This document shows positions 1 through 12,314 of a DNA stretch of 64,000 nucleotides, piece after piece; the stretch's first letter is position 1; every line of letters begins with the position of its first letter. The stretch spans positions 2,728,001-2,792,000 of the forward strand of contig CM038999.1 of assembly GCA_017499595.2 (NCBI GenBank). Reading direction: 5' to 3'. The notes beneath the pieces were generated by a model. That model did no database searches and had not been told where the DNA came from. It saw nothing but the letters and a program-made list of their open reading frames with translations. The position numbers and the translations under genes were made by a program. The DNA comes from Psilocybe cubensis (taxonomy: Eukaryota).

Positions 1-1048
1 TGGTGTTGGGCTTTTGGGGCCCAGGAGTCACTATGCCTTGTTGGGGAGCTGAGGAGTTGATGGCTGTGGGTATGTGGTCGTGCATAGGTGTATTTTGTAA
101 AGGGTATTGATCATCAGTGCTACGAGCGTCCAGAGCTTGGAATAACATCCTGTCTGATGATATATGCAATGCTAACGGAGAAGAAGTTTGTGTACTGGCT
201 TGATTTTGGTTTAAAAAAGGTGTGGTATATCTGATAACGTTTTGGGCCTGAGGAGCAACAGGCAACGCAGGTAGAGGACAAGCAAAAGAGGGTGCACGAT
301 TGGGTAAGGTGGATGCGCTTGGAACACTTGTCAGGTTCTTTTGTGTAGTGGTTCGGTTTGCCAAAGCAGGGATTTGTGAAGGTACTGGTAAAGGAGGTAA
401 CACCATGGGGTTCAATTTGCAGGGACAAACAGGCTTGATCATTTCAATGAATTCAGCAGCGTGTGAGGGCACCTGGAACGAAATCTGAAATCGACGATAT
501 ACCTGTTTAATGGGACATATGCGTCAAAGAATTTCAATATAATCTCTCATGAGCATACAGGGACACCGTCTTCGCGCGAATGCAGGTATCTTATTCCAAC
601 CACAGTATCGCGGTAGACAGCTTTAAGAGGTAATCCTTCCGACTGATTTTTGCGAGGAGCCCCTGAAGCAAGAGCTGAGAAAGAGAGAAGCTCCAAGTCT
701 TCCTAATGACGGAATGACGGTATGAACTAGTTAGATTTAATCCGAAAGAAATTCAAGCCTGATATAACTTGCAAACACCACATCCTGTTGATTTGCACCG
801 TTTTCAATGCCATAGTTTAACTCCCAAAGAATGCGGAGTTTCACTGATTCTATCTCAGAGTCGGCGGTACTCTTCACATCCAGGATGAGACGTATTATTG
901 GGTTAGTGAAGTGTTGCCATTCCGCTGTTGTCTCGGGTCCAGCTTGTGATGGTATTTGCGCTTTTTGGCCAAGGGTTCTTTTCACTGGATAAGAGCGAGA
1001 ATACTTGGAAAGCAGAAAACTGGACGTTCCAATAGTAGAATGGCTCAT
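1..1048 (-). CDS. REC114: Rec114-like meiotic double-strand-break protein (N-terminal part; runs off the left edge)
   Basis: ATG at 1048; exons 1048-773, 702-559, 502-<1 (GC-AG intron 772-703, GT-AG intron 558-503). The spliced product has FLLSKYSRSY...EDLELLSF...PLKAVYRDTVVGIRY...YRRFQISF...FIEMIKPVCPCK followed by a P/S/T-rich disordered region, matching the Rec114 layout of PH domain plus linker. Confidence 0.6.
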
Positions 1049-1182
1049 TGTGTAGCTCCAAGGAGTTGCCCAGTGTAACTTGTTGAGTGGCAAAATTCCC
1101 TGAACACAAAGCAGGTGTAATAACGTCCGCGGAATCACCTGTTCAGTAACTGGCGTGACATTTGTTCACTACTCCTACCATC

Positions 1183-2828
1183 ATGGCCTACCACCAACCA
1201 GTTACATTACCCCCAGAAATATGGAATCAAATCCTTTCAGAAATACCTCGAACGCAAGTATCCGACTTTCTTGGCACATGTTCATTATTTCACGACATCA
1301 TCGTCAAGTTCCTCTTTGCTTCAATCAAAGTCTATTTTATTGGAAGTGAAACGGGCTTGGAAATGCTCAATACTTCGCACGTCGATTGGACAGAAGAAAT
1401 TGCGATGAAGCTAATGAGTAAGTCTTGGGAGATACTCAACCATATATGTCAAGAACCTCGCTTTGCCAAAGTGGTCAAAAGCATTACCGTTGTAGCGTTC
1501 GCCGATGGTCAATGTATTTTTGAAAAGCGTAAGTAGGAGCAAGCGACCAATGCACACGCGGACCTAACTAACATCAAACACGCGATTATCCAGTCACACT
1601 TGCAAACGCTCTGCTTTTCACGCCAAACCTTCATACCTTTCGTTGGATTGGTAATGGCCCTGCTCTAGATAATTTGGTCGGCGAGTGTCTACCGGACAAC
1701 TTGAAGAAACTCGTTGTACAATCGTTTGTTATTTTCATAGGTTTCGAGGCTCGGTACTGAACCCATCCTTGACAGATCTCTTCCTCTGGAGTCTATACAA
1801 CACCTACGCAATGTGACGTCCTTGCACCTTCCAATGCCATTTTTCTTCCCCGACGACGAGGAAGCTCATGACCGACTTGTCTACGATTATAGCATCCAAG
1901 AATATACACAACTGTTTCTCGGAGATATATTGCATTTTGTGTCGCCCAATTTGCAGAGCTTACGGATAACTGCCATCCAAGTTCGCGATGTTCCAATTCG
2001 AATCTTCAATACTCTGATAGATTTGGAAATTTTATCGACGCTTGGAAATCAGGAGGAGCTTGTGGGCTTAGATATAGTCTTCCACCACGCATCAAATTTA
2101 CAGTCCCTGACTTTGGTAGGGCTGTTTGTCCCGGAAATCTTTTCCTTTCTTCCCCCTCATTCTCTCGCGAGTCTACCTCTTTTGACTTCCTTTCGATTCT
2201 CATGGGAGGATCTTTCGCTCGTTCTTGATACCGTTGGAGAGAGCGAATTCCAGGCTTTGTGCCGTTTTCTCCATGGCCGTTCACTAATAAGACGGCTCTA
2301 TCTTCGCCTTCCTATGATGCGCTGGATGCAAACGTCTCGTCTTCTTTCAGTCATCCGCGACCTACCGGGAATTGAGGTTCTTGGTCTTCACACGGGACGA
2401 GATATTCTGGTTGATGCTGATATAATCGAGACATTGGCCAGGAGTTTGCCTATGAAGTTACATGCCCTACATATTGCAATCAATTGGGGAGGAGGAAATT
2501 TATTGCCTTTGGTAAGTAGTCTCTCACTTGCCGTGGATGCGTGCTGATAGTTTTTGAACAATATTAATAGGTTGATGCCATCGGTAAACTCCCTCATCTC
2601 ACCTTCCTTCATCTCTACGGTGTTGTTGTCCGGCTCCCTATACTTCTAGAAGATCTTGCGCATGAGGCACCAGGACTTAAGATGATCGGCCTCAATCGAG
2701 CCTTATGGGATATCGTAAGGGTAGGTTCAGAGATCATCAAAAACAAATACCCTAGATGGAGAATCAAATTCTGTGTCGAAGAAGATTTTCTTTGCGCAGA
2801 TGACGCTTGGTTGTTCAAGTACAACTGA
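1183..2828 (+). CDS. F-box / LRR-like protein
   Basis: N-terminal LPPEIWNQIL...LGTCSLFHDI F-box motif and LRR-like repeats (LQSLTL, LTSFRF, IRRLYL). About four exons joining ORFs 1162-1536 and 1813-2547; ends WLFKYN-TGA at 2826-2828. Confidence 0.8.
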
Positions 2829-2985
2829 ACATATGCTTTATGAACAGGTGCATAGAGTCACAAGTGACAAGTCTGATAAGCGGCTTCTGTTGGGAGGTGC
2901 GTCGTACTGATTTGTCTTTTGTTTAGTTGGCTTTGAATTACTTCATTTGAGACTGGTGTCAGCAACGTCCTGGGCACTTGGCCTT

Positions 2986-3341
2986 ATAGTCCTTCTCAAT
3001 TCTAAAAGTTAGAAAAAAAGTTAGAAATTTATGCATGGCAACAATCACGCTGGGCGTCTTGGCTATGTGATGCCTAGATGAACAAGACAAAGCGGTGTTT
3101 AAAATGTTGTATGCAAATGCCGAACGGCACAACTCATTCGTGTGTCTGGACGCGTCAATGGCGACCGAAGCACGGCGGCAAAGCCTGCCGACTTTCAGAC
3201 TCATTCTAACTCAGACAGGAACAGGATCAACTTGGCGGCGTCATACCGCATGTCCTCGACGCCCAGTATGATCGTTGCTACACTGTTGCCATGCATAAAT
3301 TTCTAACTTTTTTTCTAACTTTTAGAATTGAGTAGGACTAT
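2986..3341. repeat. Inverted repeat, 58-bp arms (2986-3043 / 3284-3341), one mismatch
   Basis: atagtccttctcaattctaaaagttagaaaaaaagttagaaatttatgcatggcaaca is the reverse complement of tgttgccatgcataaatttctaactttttttctaacttttagaattgagtaggactat except one base. Similarity extends inward (ctgggcgtc / gacgcccag). Confidence 0.95.
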
Positions 3342-4794
3342 TGATCCCAATACAATCACAAGTCCTTCTGTTCTTGCCGTACCAACAAATGAGGACGCAA
3401 TATTGACTCAAATATCTATTCTTACCGGGAAAATCAAAAGTATTGATCTCGATGCTTCTTCAATCGCTGAATCCCTCGACCACATCCAGGATACGAAAAT
3501 CGTCGTGTCGTCTCCTCGACGTGACCACATGTCCGATCTGCCTGGCACGGAGGATTTAAAAGGCAGCATATGGTCAAAAGTTTCCAAGATGCTGAGAATA
3601 CAGCTCGCTAGTCTTGATTTTGGGCTTATAGGCAAACAAGTCGAGGATCTTGTCGAACGGTTGATTACAGTCCGCGAACGACTGCATATCGATTTACTGT
3701 CACGTACATCCACGCTAACCGCACAAAACACTCTCTTTGCATCAACACAGGTCGAAAATGCGTGCACATTATTGCAAGGGCCACAGGATATCCCGAAATC
3801 ATCCCAGGCGAGGCTACCAGTTGAATTATGGGCACAAATATTCTTTTTGTGCTTGCCGAGCGATGATTTTGTAAAGCCAGATCCACATAAAGCGCCATTA
3901 CTCCTTTGCCAAATTTGCAGCGCCTGGAGAAGCATGGCCACAGGAACACCTTTGCTTTGGTCCACTCTATCGATCCGGAGCTCCTGGCGTGGGCATGTTT
4001 GGAAATCAATCTTAGAATGCTGGCTACACCGTTCGGGAAATGCTGTTTTATGTCTAGACATATCTATACCTGCATATATGGAGGCCTCATTCAATAACGA
4101 CATCATGAAGTTGATAACTTCATCTGCTCAGCGGTGGTATCGCCTCAGGCTCAGTCTGCCGGACAATCTACTAAGGACCATGCTTAGTAACCACATGCCT
4201 CTTCTCCAAAAGCTGGAATTCAGTTCAATTTATCCAATCGCAAACTTGGACATTGAGACGTCTCAAGCTCCTAACTTGAGGACAGTGGCTCTTTTAACCA
4301 AAGCATTATACCCTCAACCACTCTCCCTCCCTTGGCAGAACCTGACGAGCTTTTCCTCTCACTGCTGGCTTAACATGGGACAACATTTGGAAATCCTTCG
4401 CAAATGCCCTCGCCTGGAATTTTATAGCATGTATATTGTGCACGCAGAGATTTCACCTGACATTATATGTATATCCATGCTTCATTTAACTCAGTTGGAA
4501 ATTGTCGCCTTCATTGGAAACGCAATGGGCACAGTTTTTAACTATCTTCATCTTCCTAAACTAACCCAATTATCTTTCACGATACCAAGTGAAAGCCCGG
4601 CATGGGGAATGGCAGAATGGCCGAAGTATTGTACATTATCTTTAGTGGAACGTTCTTCCTGTGTACTGACGAAGGTTCGATTGCGTGGCGTCGCCAAATC
4701 GGGAGGAAGTATTCAGCAAGATATACAAAGGTGTATCCCATCTGTTGTAGATGTCGACGTCGAGGATCTATGCCACAATCCTAGACTGGCCTGA
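3250..4794 (+). CDS. F-box protein (agaric F-box/LRR family)
   Basis: Exon 1 3250-3265 (MSSTP), intron 3266-3325 (GTATGA...CTAAC...TAG), in frame with the 488-codon ORF. Contains LPVELWAQIF...PLLLCQICSAWRSMA...PLLWSTL and WLHRSG motifs. Confidence 0.88.
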
Positions 4795-5097
4795 AACAGC
4801 GACCCACCCATTTACCGGTGACCCAAGCGCCAGTAAGGTATCATAATCACAAGATGTTTTGAATTGGTGAGTCTACGATAGCTGGATTATTTGATTTCTA
4901 AACGATTACAATACCAGTGTAATACAACGTCCGACAACTCTGTACGGTAACAATGAGGAATGCACTTGGATATTTGAGAGAGGCGAAACGTTCCAAGTTA
5001 ATAACGGGGGTGACAGTGTTAAAAGATCAATACAAAAAGAATAATTATGTCCCATGGAAAAGAAGAAAATGATAATAAAGAGATCGAAATATATAGA

Positions 5098-8000
5098 CTA
5101 CTGGTGTGTGCGATGCGCACCGCGGCCCGCCATATTATTGTTGTTAGGCGTTTGTCCCGACTGCTGTTGCTGCTGCTGGTATTGCGCATGTGCTGATCCT
5201 TGAAGTCCCGGAGGTGGCTGAGAATATCCTTGTTGGGGTGATGTACTCGGGGCACGTTGGTAATCGCCTAATGGATTTCCGCTCATCTGTCTTGAATGCG
5301 GTTGTTGAGTTGGGGTGTATGATTGGTAAGGGCCAGGTGAACGAGAGCGGGTATCGGCCAGCATGTTTCCACTCGTTTGCCTAGCATGTTGCTGTAATTG
5401 CGCAGAGTAAGCCTGAGAGGGTCCAGGGGACGTTGATCTACCATTGGCTAGTACATTTCCGCTAATCTGTCGTGCGTGTTGCTGTTGCTGTTGTTGGTTA
5501 TAAGCCTGATAAGGGCCCGGAGAGGCTGCACGGCCGGCTAACATATTTCCACTAGATTGCCTCGTGTGTTGCTGTGGAGGATATGCTTGATTAGGTCCTG
5601 GCGACTGGGAACGCTGATATTGCGTCGGTGACCCATTTCGGGGTTGTTGGCCAGCAAGCACAGTAGCACTTGACTGTCTACCGTGCTGCAGCTGCTGGGG
5701 AGGGTACTGCATAGCGACGTTTGGACCAGGGGATGGTGTCCGAATTTGTTGCCCAGAAAGTATATTACCACTGGATTGCCGCTGTGAACTGAAGTAAGAC
5801 TGATGCGATGTATCAGACCCGGCAGTGTTGGGATAAGGGCTGATTGGCGATACACCATGAGCAAGATTGTCAGTAGACATATAAGCTGGACTGGGCGAAT
5901 AGGCGCGATCTTGTGGTCTGTGCAGAGGGGCCTCCCTAAGTGTAGCTTGAGATTGGGCGGCTGACGGAGGCAAAGACATGAAGGACTGCTGCGAGACAAA
6001 TCCTTGTTTGTGACTGGCGAGGGATCCTGGGCTCAGAAGCGGTTCTTCCATGGAATCCATCGGTGCAAGCTCGATTTCGTGTGTTGATGTAGAGCCAGGT
6101 CCCATAGCCAGGTACTTATCATAGCCATTGATTGCTTGCGCCGGGTGTGGGTAGTACTGAGAATTTGCAACATGAAGATTTGAGCTGCTTTCGAACGCCG
6201 CTGTTGTGGCAATAGAACGTTGATCCCAATCGAGTTCGCCACGGTCACGTTGGTACAATGCAGGATCGTATTCAAGGTCGCGCTGTGATGGAAATGCATG
6301 GCGATGAATATATACAGCAACATTTTGCGAGACGCAATACCCTAACACTCACCTGATCAATGGCCGCAATTTTAATACCACCCGCCACAATCTGTGCCTC
6401 CATGGTCTGACCACCATATTCACCCAATTTGGCACTATCATTTCCAATCTTTCCTTGATACACTTCGCTGAGCAGAGGCATCATATTCTTGTGCAGCATG
6501 GGCGTGAATAGCTCGGCGTGCAGGGCAGGGTGGCCAAAACGTTTCTGTAGTTTGTTACCTTTGGCATCAGCGCGTTCAGAATACACCTTGGCGAGATTGA
6601 TTTCCTCCTGGGTGGGGGTAAAGTAACGGAACTGAGGAATGTATGTCCGGTTAATGTAGATTTTATAGCATAGGACAAGTAGGATGGGCGGTAACAAAGA
6701 GCACCAAATGAAGGAACTGAATTGATAACGTAGACCAATGGCTAGATAGCTGTAAGTATAGGATATTCACATACAGCATACAAACTCACTAAGAATCATC
6801 AATAACTGCATTAGGACGACACAAATTAGCAATCGATTGATAACAACGTTCCAAATACGCTACGGGCAATCAGTGAACCAGTCCATCATTGCAAAGGAAA
6901 AACGTACCCCTCCACTCTCAACCTTTGAGACATACACGAACATTAACTGGTATTTGTACACCCAAGAGTTCATCCAAAATACAATCGCTGCGGCCAATGG
7001 AACCAAGGGAGCCAATGGCGCGAAAACAAAGCCAACAGCACCCATAAAAAGCTGATAGGATAGTCAATGACATTAATGTCAAGGAGAAATAATGGAAAAC
7101 CATACAATGTTTGAACTAATGTTTATAAATTTAGTACAGAAGATAATACATTAAAAAGTACGAGCACTCACTAATAGACAGCATATTGAAATTCTGGTGG
7201 TTGAGTCCACTCTCGGATATCTCGAGGTGTGCGACCAAACACACTAATAAGACCGATAAGAACCATCATAGGTTGTAAGAAAAATGCGGCGATGCTCACT
7301 GGGTTTTGAAGGAAAGCCACACCAAATTGATGATTTGGGCAAGATCGAAGATCGCAAGGAAACCACGAAGACTGCATCTATTTGTTAGTTTATTGAAATT
7401 ATTAACGTCAGTCGACTTACGGGAAGAAGGTGAGCCAGTATGACGATTGATTGATGTAAGTGCTATGGATAGTTGCGGGTAATTCTAGATTATAGAAATG
7501 ATTGATAATGTTAACACAGGATTTATCGAAAGATCGCTTTGGAGGAGACAAACCATGGAGATTATCTATGATCTCTTTGAAACTTGATTTTCCAATCTGT
7601 TTGATGATCTGGGTCACAGATTCTGATTTGTAGTTTAGGTTATTGCAAGGCAGTTTAAATAGGTCTGACGCACGGAAGATAACACCGAGCAACGTGAAGA
7701 TGATCAACTGAGAGATAATTAGGAACGAGAAGTATCGAGCGACGACAGCGCGATCTAGTTTCGAATGGGTGAGAGCACCCATGAACTACAAAGAACAACC
7801 AATATCAGATACAAGTGGACCGTGGTGATGGAATGAAATTAACCTTTGTCAACCAACGCATGATAATGGGGAGGAAAAAACCAAAGAGACCGGAAATGGC
7901 TGGTGGAAGCACACCAGAAATGAAAGCAAATGACAATGGCGATGATTCAAACCATTGTTCAAGGAAACTTACGTACGCCCTCATCTAATGAGACATCCAC

Positions 8001-9574
8001 ATCATTCAATAAATAATACATGAGCAAGATAAGGCAAGGCTCTTACCGAATCCAGATTGGCAAGAACAGATATGATCAAAAGGGGGACAGTATTAAAGAA
8101 GCAGACAGCAACGAGCCAAGCAAATCCAATTGTACGATTTCGAGCAAGCTCGACATCGGTTTTGTTCATATTATTCCAGATCTTTTTTACAGGGACAATA
8201 AGCATTAATGAAGCAACGCTTTGAAAATGGTAACAACGCACAATGTCCTTTGGATTGGGAGCCAGTGTGATTTGAGTTCCTTTGGGATGTTTTCCAGCAA
8301 TCATCTGAGCCACAACGTGAGCATATGGAACGGCAGCCATGCTTGCAAATCCATAGTTTTCGGCTTTGCGAGTGTCAATTTGATTGCGGTATTCTTCGAT
8401 GGCAGCTTCCGTTCGTTGAAGCTTGGCACTACGGATAAATAATTGATCAATGAGGTCATCACTTCTTGCTAGTCAACTCACGTGTAGAAGTCGATAGCAT
8501 CCCTCTTCACCCCTCCAATACCACACGTTGCACCAGTTCTGATGGTAGGTCTCTTTGCCTTGATTTTCCCACCCTTCAAATATTTGACCAATATCTCCTC
8601 GAATTCTCGAACAGTCTGATTGTGATATTCAATCAACTCGGGAAGTTTTCCGACCTTTCTGCCGATGTGCACGCTCGTCGTTGGATATGGGACTTTTACT
8701 GACTGGAATATGGCAGTGAGGCCCTCATCGCTCTGGAGCTTCTTGGGTACGCGGCGGACTTGCAAAGTGCGAGCATAAAAGGACTGAAGGTATTCCGGAG
8801 AGCGGAACCAGGTGTGTCGAAGATGAATTATAGCCTTCCAATGGACATCAACAAAACCAATGATCAGAAACGTGATGAGGTAGGTGACGACGATGTGAGC
8901 GTAGAGGAAAGTTCCAGAAACATCCCGGATCGTGAGCATGCTGAGAATGTCTCGTTTGGTGCTTTTCACATTTCTGAGGTTGTAGACGACGTTGATTGGA
9001 AGGAGGATTCCACAGGTGAGAATGGTAATGGCAGTAAAAAGCCACCGTAATAGGCGGAGGAAGCGGAGAAATGCGACAGCATCGAGACCAATTTTGTCGA
9101 GCAGCTCTGGCTCTTTTGTATGTATTAGAGGCGGTAGCCAGCCAAATAATGAGTCTGATATGCGCGGAGGGGGCTTAGCGCCTTCATGATATTTGACTTT
9201 GGGTTCATAGATAATCTGGTGTGCAACACGTCAGAAAATGACGGAGGTAACCAAGTGGAAACAGACGGTGGGGGCTGTCATTGCTGCCCCGTGGACAAAG
9301 AAATACTCTACAAGCGCTCGGCCATACCAAATGCGATTGAAGTTGTAAAAACAAGGGTGATTGTGCATACCTTGTTTTTGGGACGAAGGATATTGAATAG
9401 GAGAATTGTCACGACCTAAGAAAATGGACTTGGTTGAGATTGATGGATCAAAAGGGTGAATATGCGTGGACGCACCGATACAACACTCATAAGAAGGACC
9501 TGAGAACCGACTGAAGTGGGCGCCAGCGTCCGTGAATTCTCTTGCAGTGTGCCATTGATGATTGTTGAAGCCAT
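5098..9574 (-). CDS. CSC1: CSC1/OSCA/TMEM63 (DUF221) calcium-permeable stress-gated cation channel with a long Q/S/P-rich tail
   Basis: Multi-exon; start MASTIINGTLQENSRTLAP at 9574. Motifs FNILRPKNKIIYEPK, IGLDAVAFLRFLRLL, ARTLQVRRVP, LAPNPKDIIWNN, APLAPLVPL..F..YKYQLMFVY..ESGG and ELFTPMLH. Confidence 0.92.
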
Positions 9575-10025
9575 AGGTCAAATAGAATAGTTTAAAATCG
9601 ACGCTGTGAATAGAGGGTGACTAGGCCTAGCCAAGTCGTGGACGATTGTGGGGTCGTTAAAAAGAGTGAAAGAAGAAGAGAGAGTGGTGCCAAAGGCAAT
9701 GGGTAATGAAACCTCGGAGAGGTAAGGCGGGTGGTGGAGAAAAGACTGGGGTGTGTCCAAACAACGCCTCTAGCCCGTTGCAGTCCTTGCCCCATCAGGC
9801 ACTACAAATATAGGTCAATGCATCCTCAATTGTTATCATTTCTCTCACACAGCATGCGCACAGTTTATTATCTACAAGGCATTCTAGATTCGCTAAACAA
9901 CAGCTAAACCAGAGAAAGATTCTGTATACTACAGACGGTGAATGTTGTAAAATTGCTGAACAAACAACAACCGAAAATGTTTCCCATATCCGTGGTGGGT
10001 ATAAATGGCCGTCTTGCAAACCAGT

Positions 10026-11203
10026 TCAAATCCCATTCACCATAAGTTCGTTAAGCACCCTACTAACTTGCCCAATTGCTTCCCTAACTCGTTCTCTGTC
10101 CTCTTCTCTAAACCGCCAGATGAATCGACCCTCAAATTTATCTGGGTGAAAACGGAGAAAGGTCTCCCGTAGTTTGTCTTTCCTTTCCTTCCTCAACCTT
10201 GTTCCAAGTTCTTTGTTTGGTGTGTCGTTGGCACCGGAGTTCGGCAATAAAAATGATGCAACAGCTTCGGTCGTCAGATCGCTGACACCGATTTGTCTGT
10301 TAGGACGCGTTGTGTCGGCTCTGCTCCGGTTTGCACTCGCAATTGGCCATGGTATATCGTCGAAAGTCAGCACTTGAACATTCGACTGTCCTGTATCACT
10401 CTCTCCTGGAGTTGTCAAAAGTGTTAGCCATCTTGAATGGTACAATTCTCGTGCGTCGTCTAGTTTGCGGGATTCTCGTTCCTTCTTCTTTCTCTTTCGC
10501 TCCTCTTCCGCCATTTGTTCAAGCCGAACAGTTTCCGCTTTACGTGCTTTCTCCGCAGCTCTACGGGCAGCTTGCGCGGCTTTCCTGCGTTCATGCTCAG
10601 CATACTCCGCCGCATGTGTCTTTCTACTTGTCTTGAATTATACTAATGAACTGATGAACGATTGAATACCCACCGATACATTCCTGCTCTTATCCATTCA
10701 GTGTACTCCTCGTCATCCATATGTCTAGGATCTAGTTTGAAAAAATCACTATCTTCCAGTATATCGCCGCGAGATTGTGCCTTCGAACGTGCCGTCCTCC
10801 ACCGATCTGGAACATGAGCGAAGTCGTTGAACTGCGCTTCCACCGAATCCAGCCTTTCATCTTCTCCCATAGCCTCAAACATCTTGTCGCGAAACATATC
10901 TTCTTCAATCTGTGCTTTGATTGCATCATGATCAGGTTTGTGAGAATACGATTGACTCGGTGGAATGTGGGAAGACGAAGCAGTGGGCTGAGGACCAGAT
11001 TCAGAGTCATCTTCGTCACTTGATGCCCACCTGCGCGATGGCCCATCTTCATCCTTATCTATATGGGCTTTCTTGGAGGAAGAGGATCCATGTGCAGAAT
11101 AATGGTCATGCTTTCGCTTCCTTTTTTCTCTGCGCCTTTCTTTTCGTAATCTGCCTTGTTCTTCTTCTTCAGGTGTGCGTTTAAGTTTCAGCTTATTCGG
11201 CAT
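10026..11203 (-). CDS. NFKBIL1-like nuclear protein with C-terminal FHPDKF motif
   Basis: Two exons (intron about 10673-10627, MYR|KTHAAEY). K/R-rich N-terminus, MDDEEYTEWIRAGM, LTFDDIPWP and LRFHPDKF motifs. Confidence 0.7.
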
Positions 11204-11555
11204 TCAAGAAACGCGGGGCCATGTAAGGCGCCAGCAAGCCGCAATAAAGGATTCCGGAAGGACGGGCGTGAAGCATTGTTTGTTTGGTCTGGACTGGGTT
11301 TTGCACACACATAAGCAACTTACAGCCAAACATAGACGGCTGACGTCACTGGGCTTACACGAATTGGCTTACTTTTCCTGAGCTCGGATGCTTGTTCACA
11401 GGACTAAATGCGAACTTAAGTCAGGAGGTCGAATGAATAGAGGTATAGGATTCTGTATTTCATATCCATTGTTGTGAATTATAAGTATGAATAACGGTAG
11501 ACTGACTTACAAATTGACCACTTCAGTTTCATGGCAGTAACCTGAATGCGGCCCT

Positions 11556-12147
11556 TCAAAGGTTTCGACGGAAAGTCCTGATAACGGTCTTTCTAATTGG
11601 CTCAACAATGTTTCTGGAGAACATCGGAGAGAAATACACGGATATTCCTATTCGTAGAGGAAGCAGTGCCTGTATGCATATCAGTTACGAGTTTGCTGGG
11701 GAACAATGCATTCCCGCTGACCTTCGTCGCACCATAAGCAAACACAGCGTTCGCTACATCTCCCGCAATATGTCCAGAGCTGTGTCTCATTTCTTCGATA
11801 TCATCAACCACCCCTGGTGCGTGTTTATCGTAGCCAAAGACACCGTATCGTCTTCCAATCCGAGCAGCCCAGCGATCGCCCTCTTCCACCCAGATATTCA
11901 TTTTCTGCTTAGCCCAGCTCAGCTGAGAAGAATCGCTCTGGGATGATGTAACTCCAGCAATGACGCGTTCGCCAAATCCCAGCGTCCTTGCTCCGTAGAA
12001 GAAGCCCACTAGAGGCACAATTGCAGTCAGTTCATGAAGAATGCCGAAGGAAAGGAGCAACGATGGAAGAGGAGTTCCAGTACGCGCAGACATAGAAGCC
12101 AGGCTCTTCTTATATGCCGCGAACCGAGCTTTGGTCTCTGAGGACAT
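11556..12147 (-). CDS. MRX11: Mitochondrial FLILHELTA-domain protein (Mrx11-like)
   Basis: SFGILHELTAIVP signature. After one intron, AYGATK|ALLPLRIGISVYFSP...RRNL-stop at 11556. Confidence 0.8.
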
Positions 12148-12314
12148 GAGTTTATCAGTTTACGACTTGTAAGTTGTCAGTCCGGGCTCGAAGCGGGGAC
12201 GTCAGTGGGAACTCGTGACCTTAACCCTAAACTAAGTTCGAAAAAATCGTTGCTTTGTGAACCACCCTGTACATTTCCATTTGTTCTGCTCTCTGGGTTC
12301 ATTCCGGGTCACCG

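Noticed and set aside
3408-4106. Long antisense ORFs (also 36309-36710, 50555-50977, 53206-53598)
   Set aside because: Shadows of real genes on the opposite strand.
12220-12232. Telomere-like TAACCCTAA motif
   Set aside because: Single copy with no array and no supporting ncRNA features.
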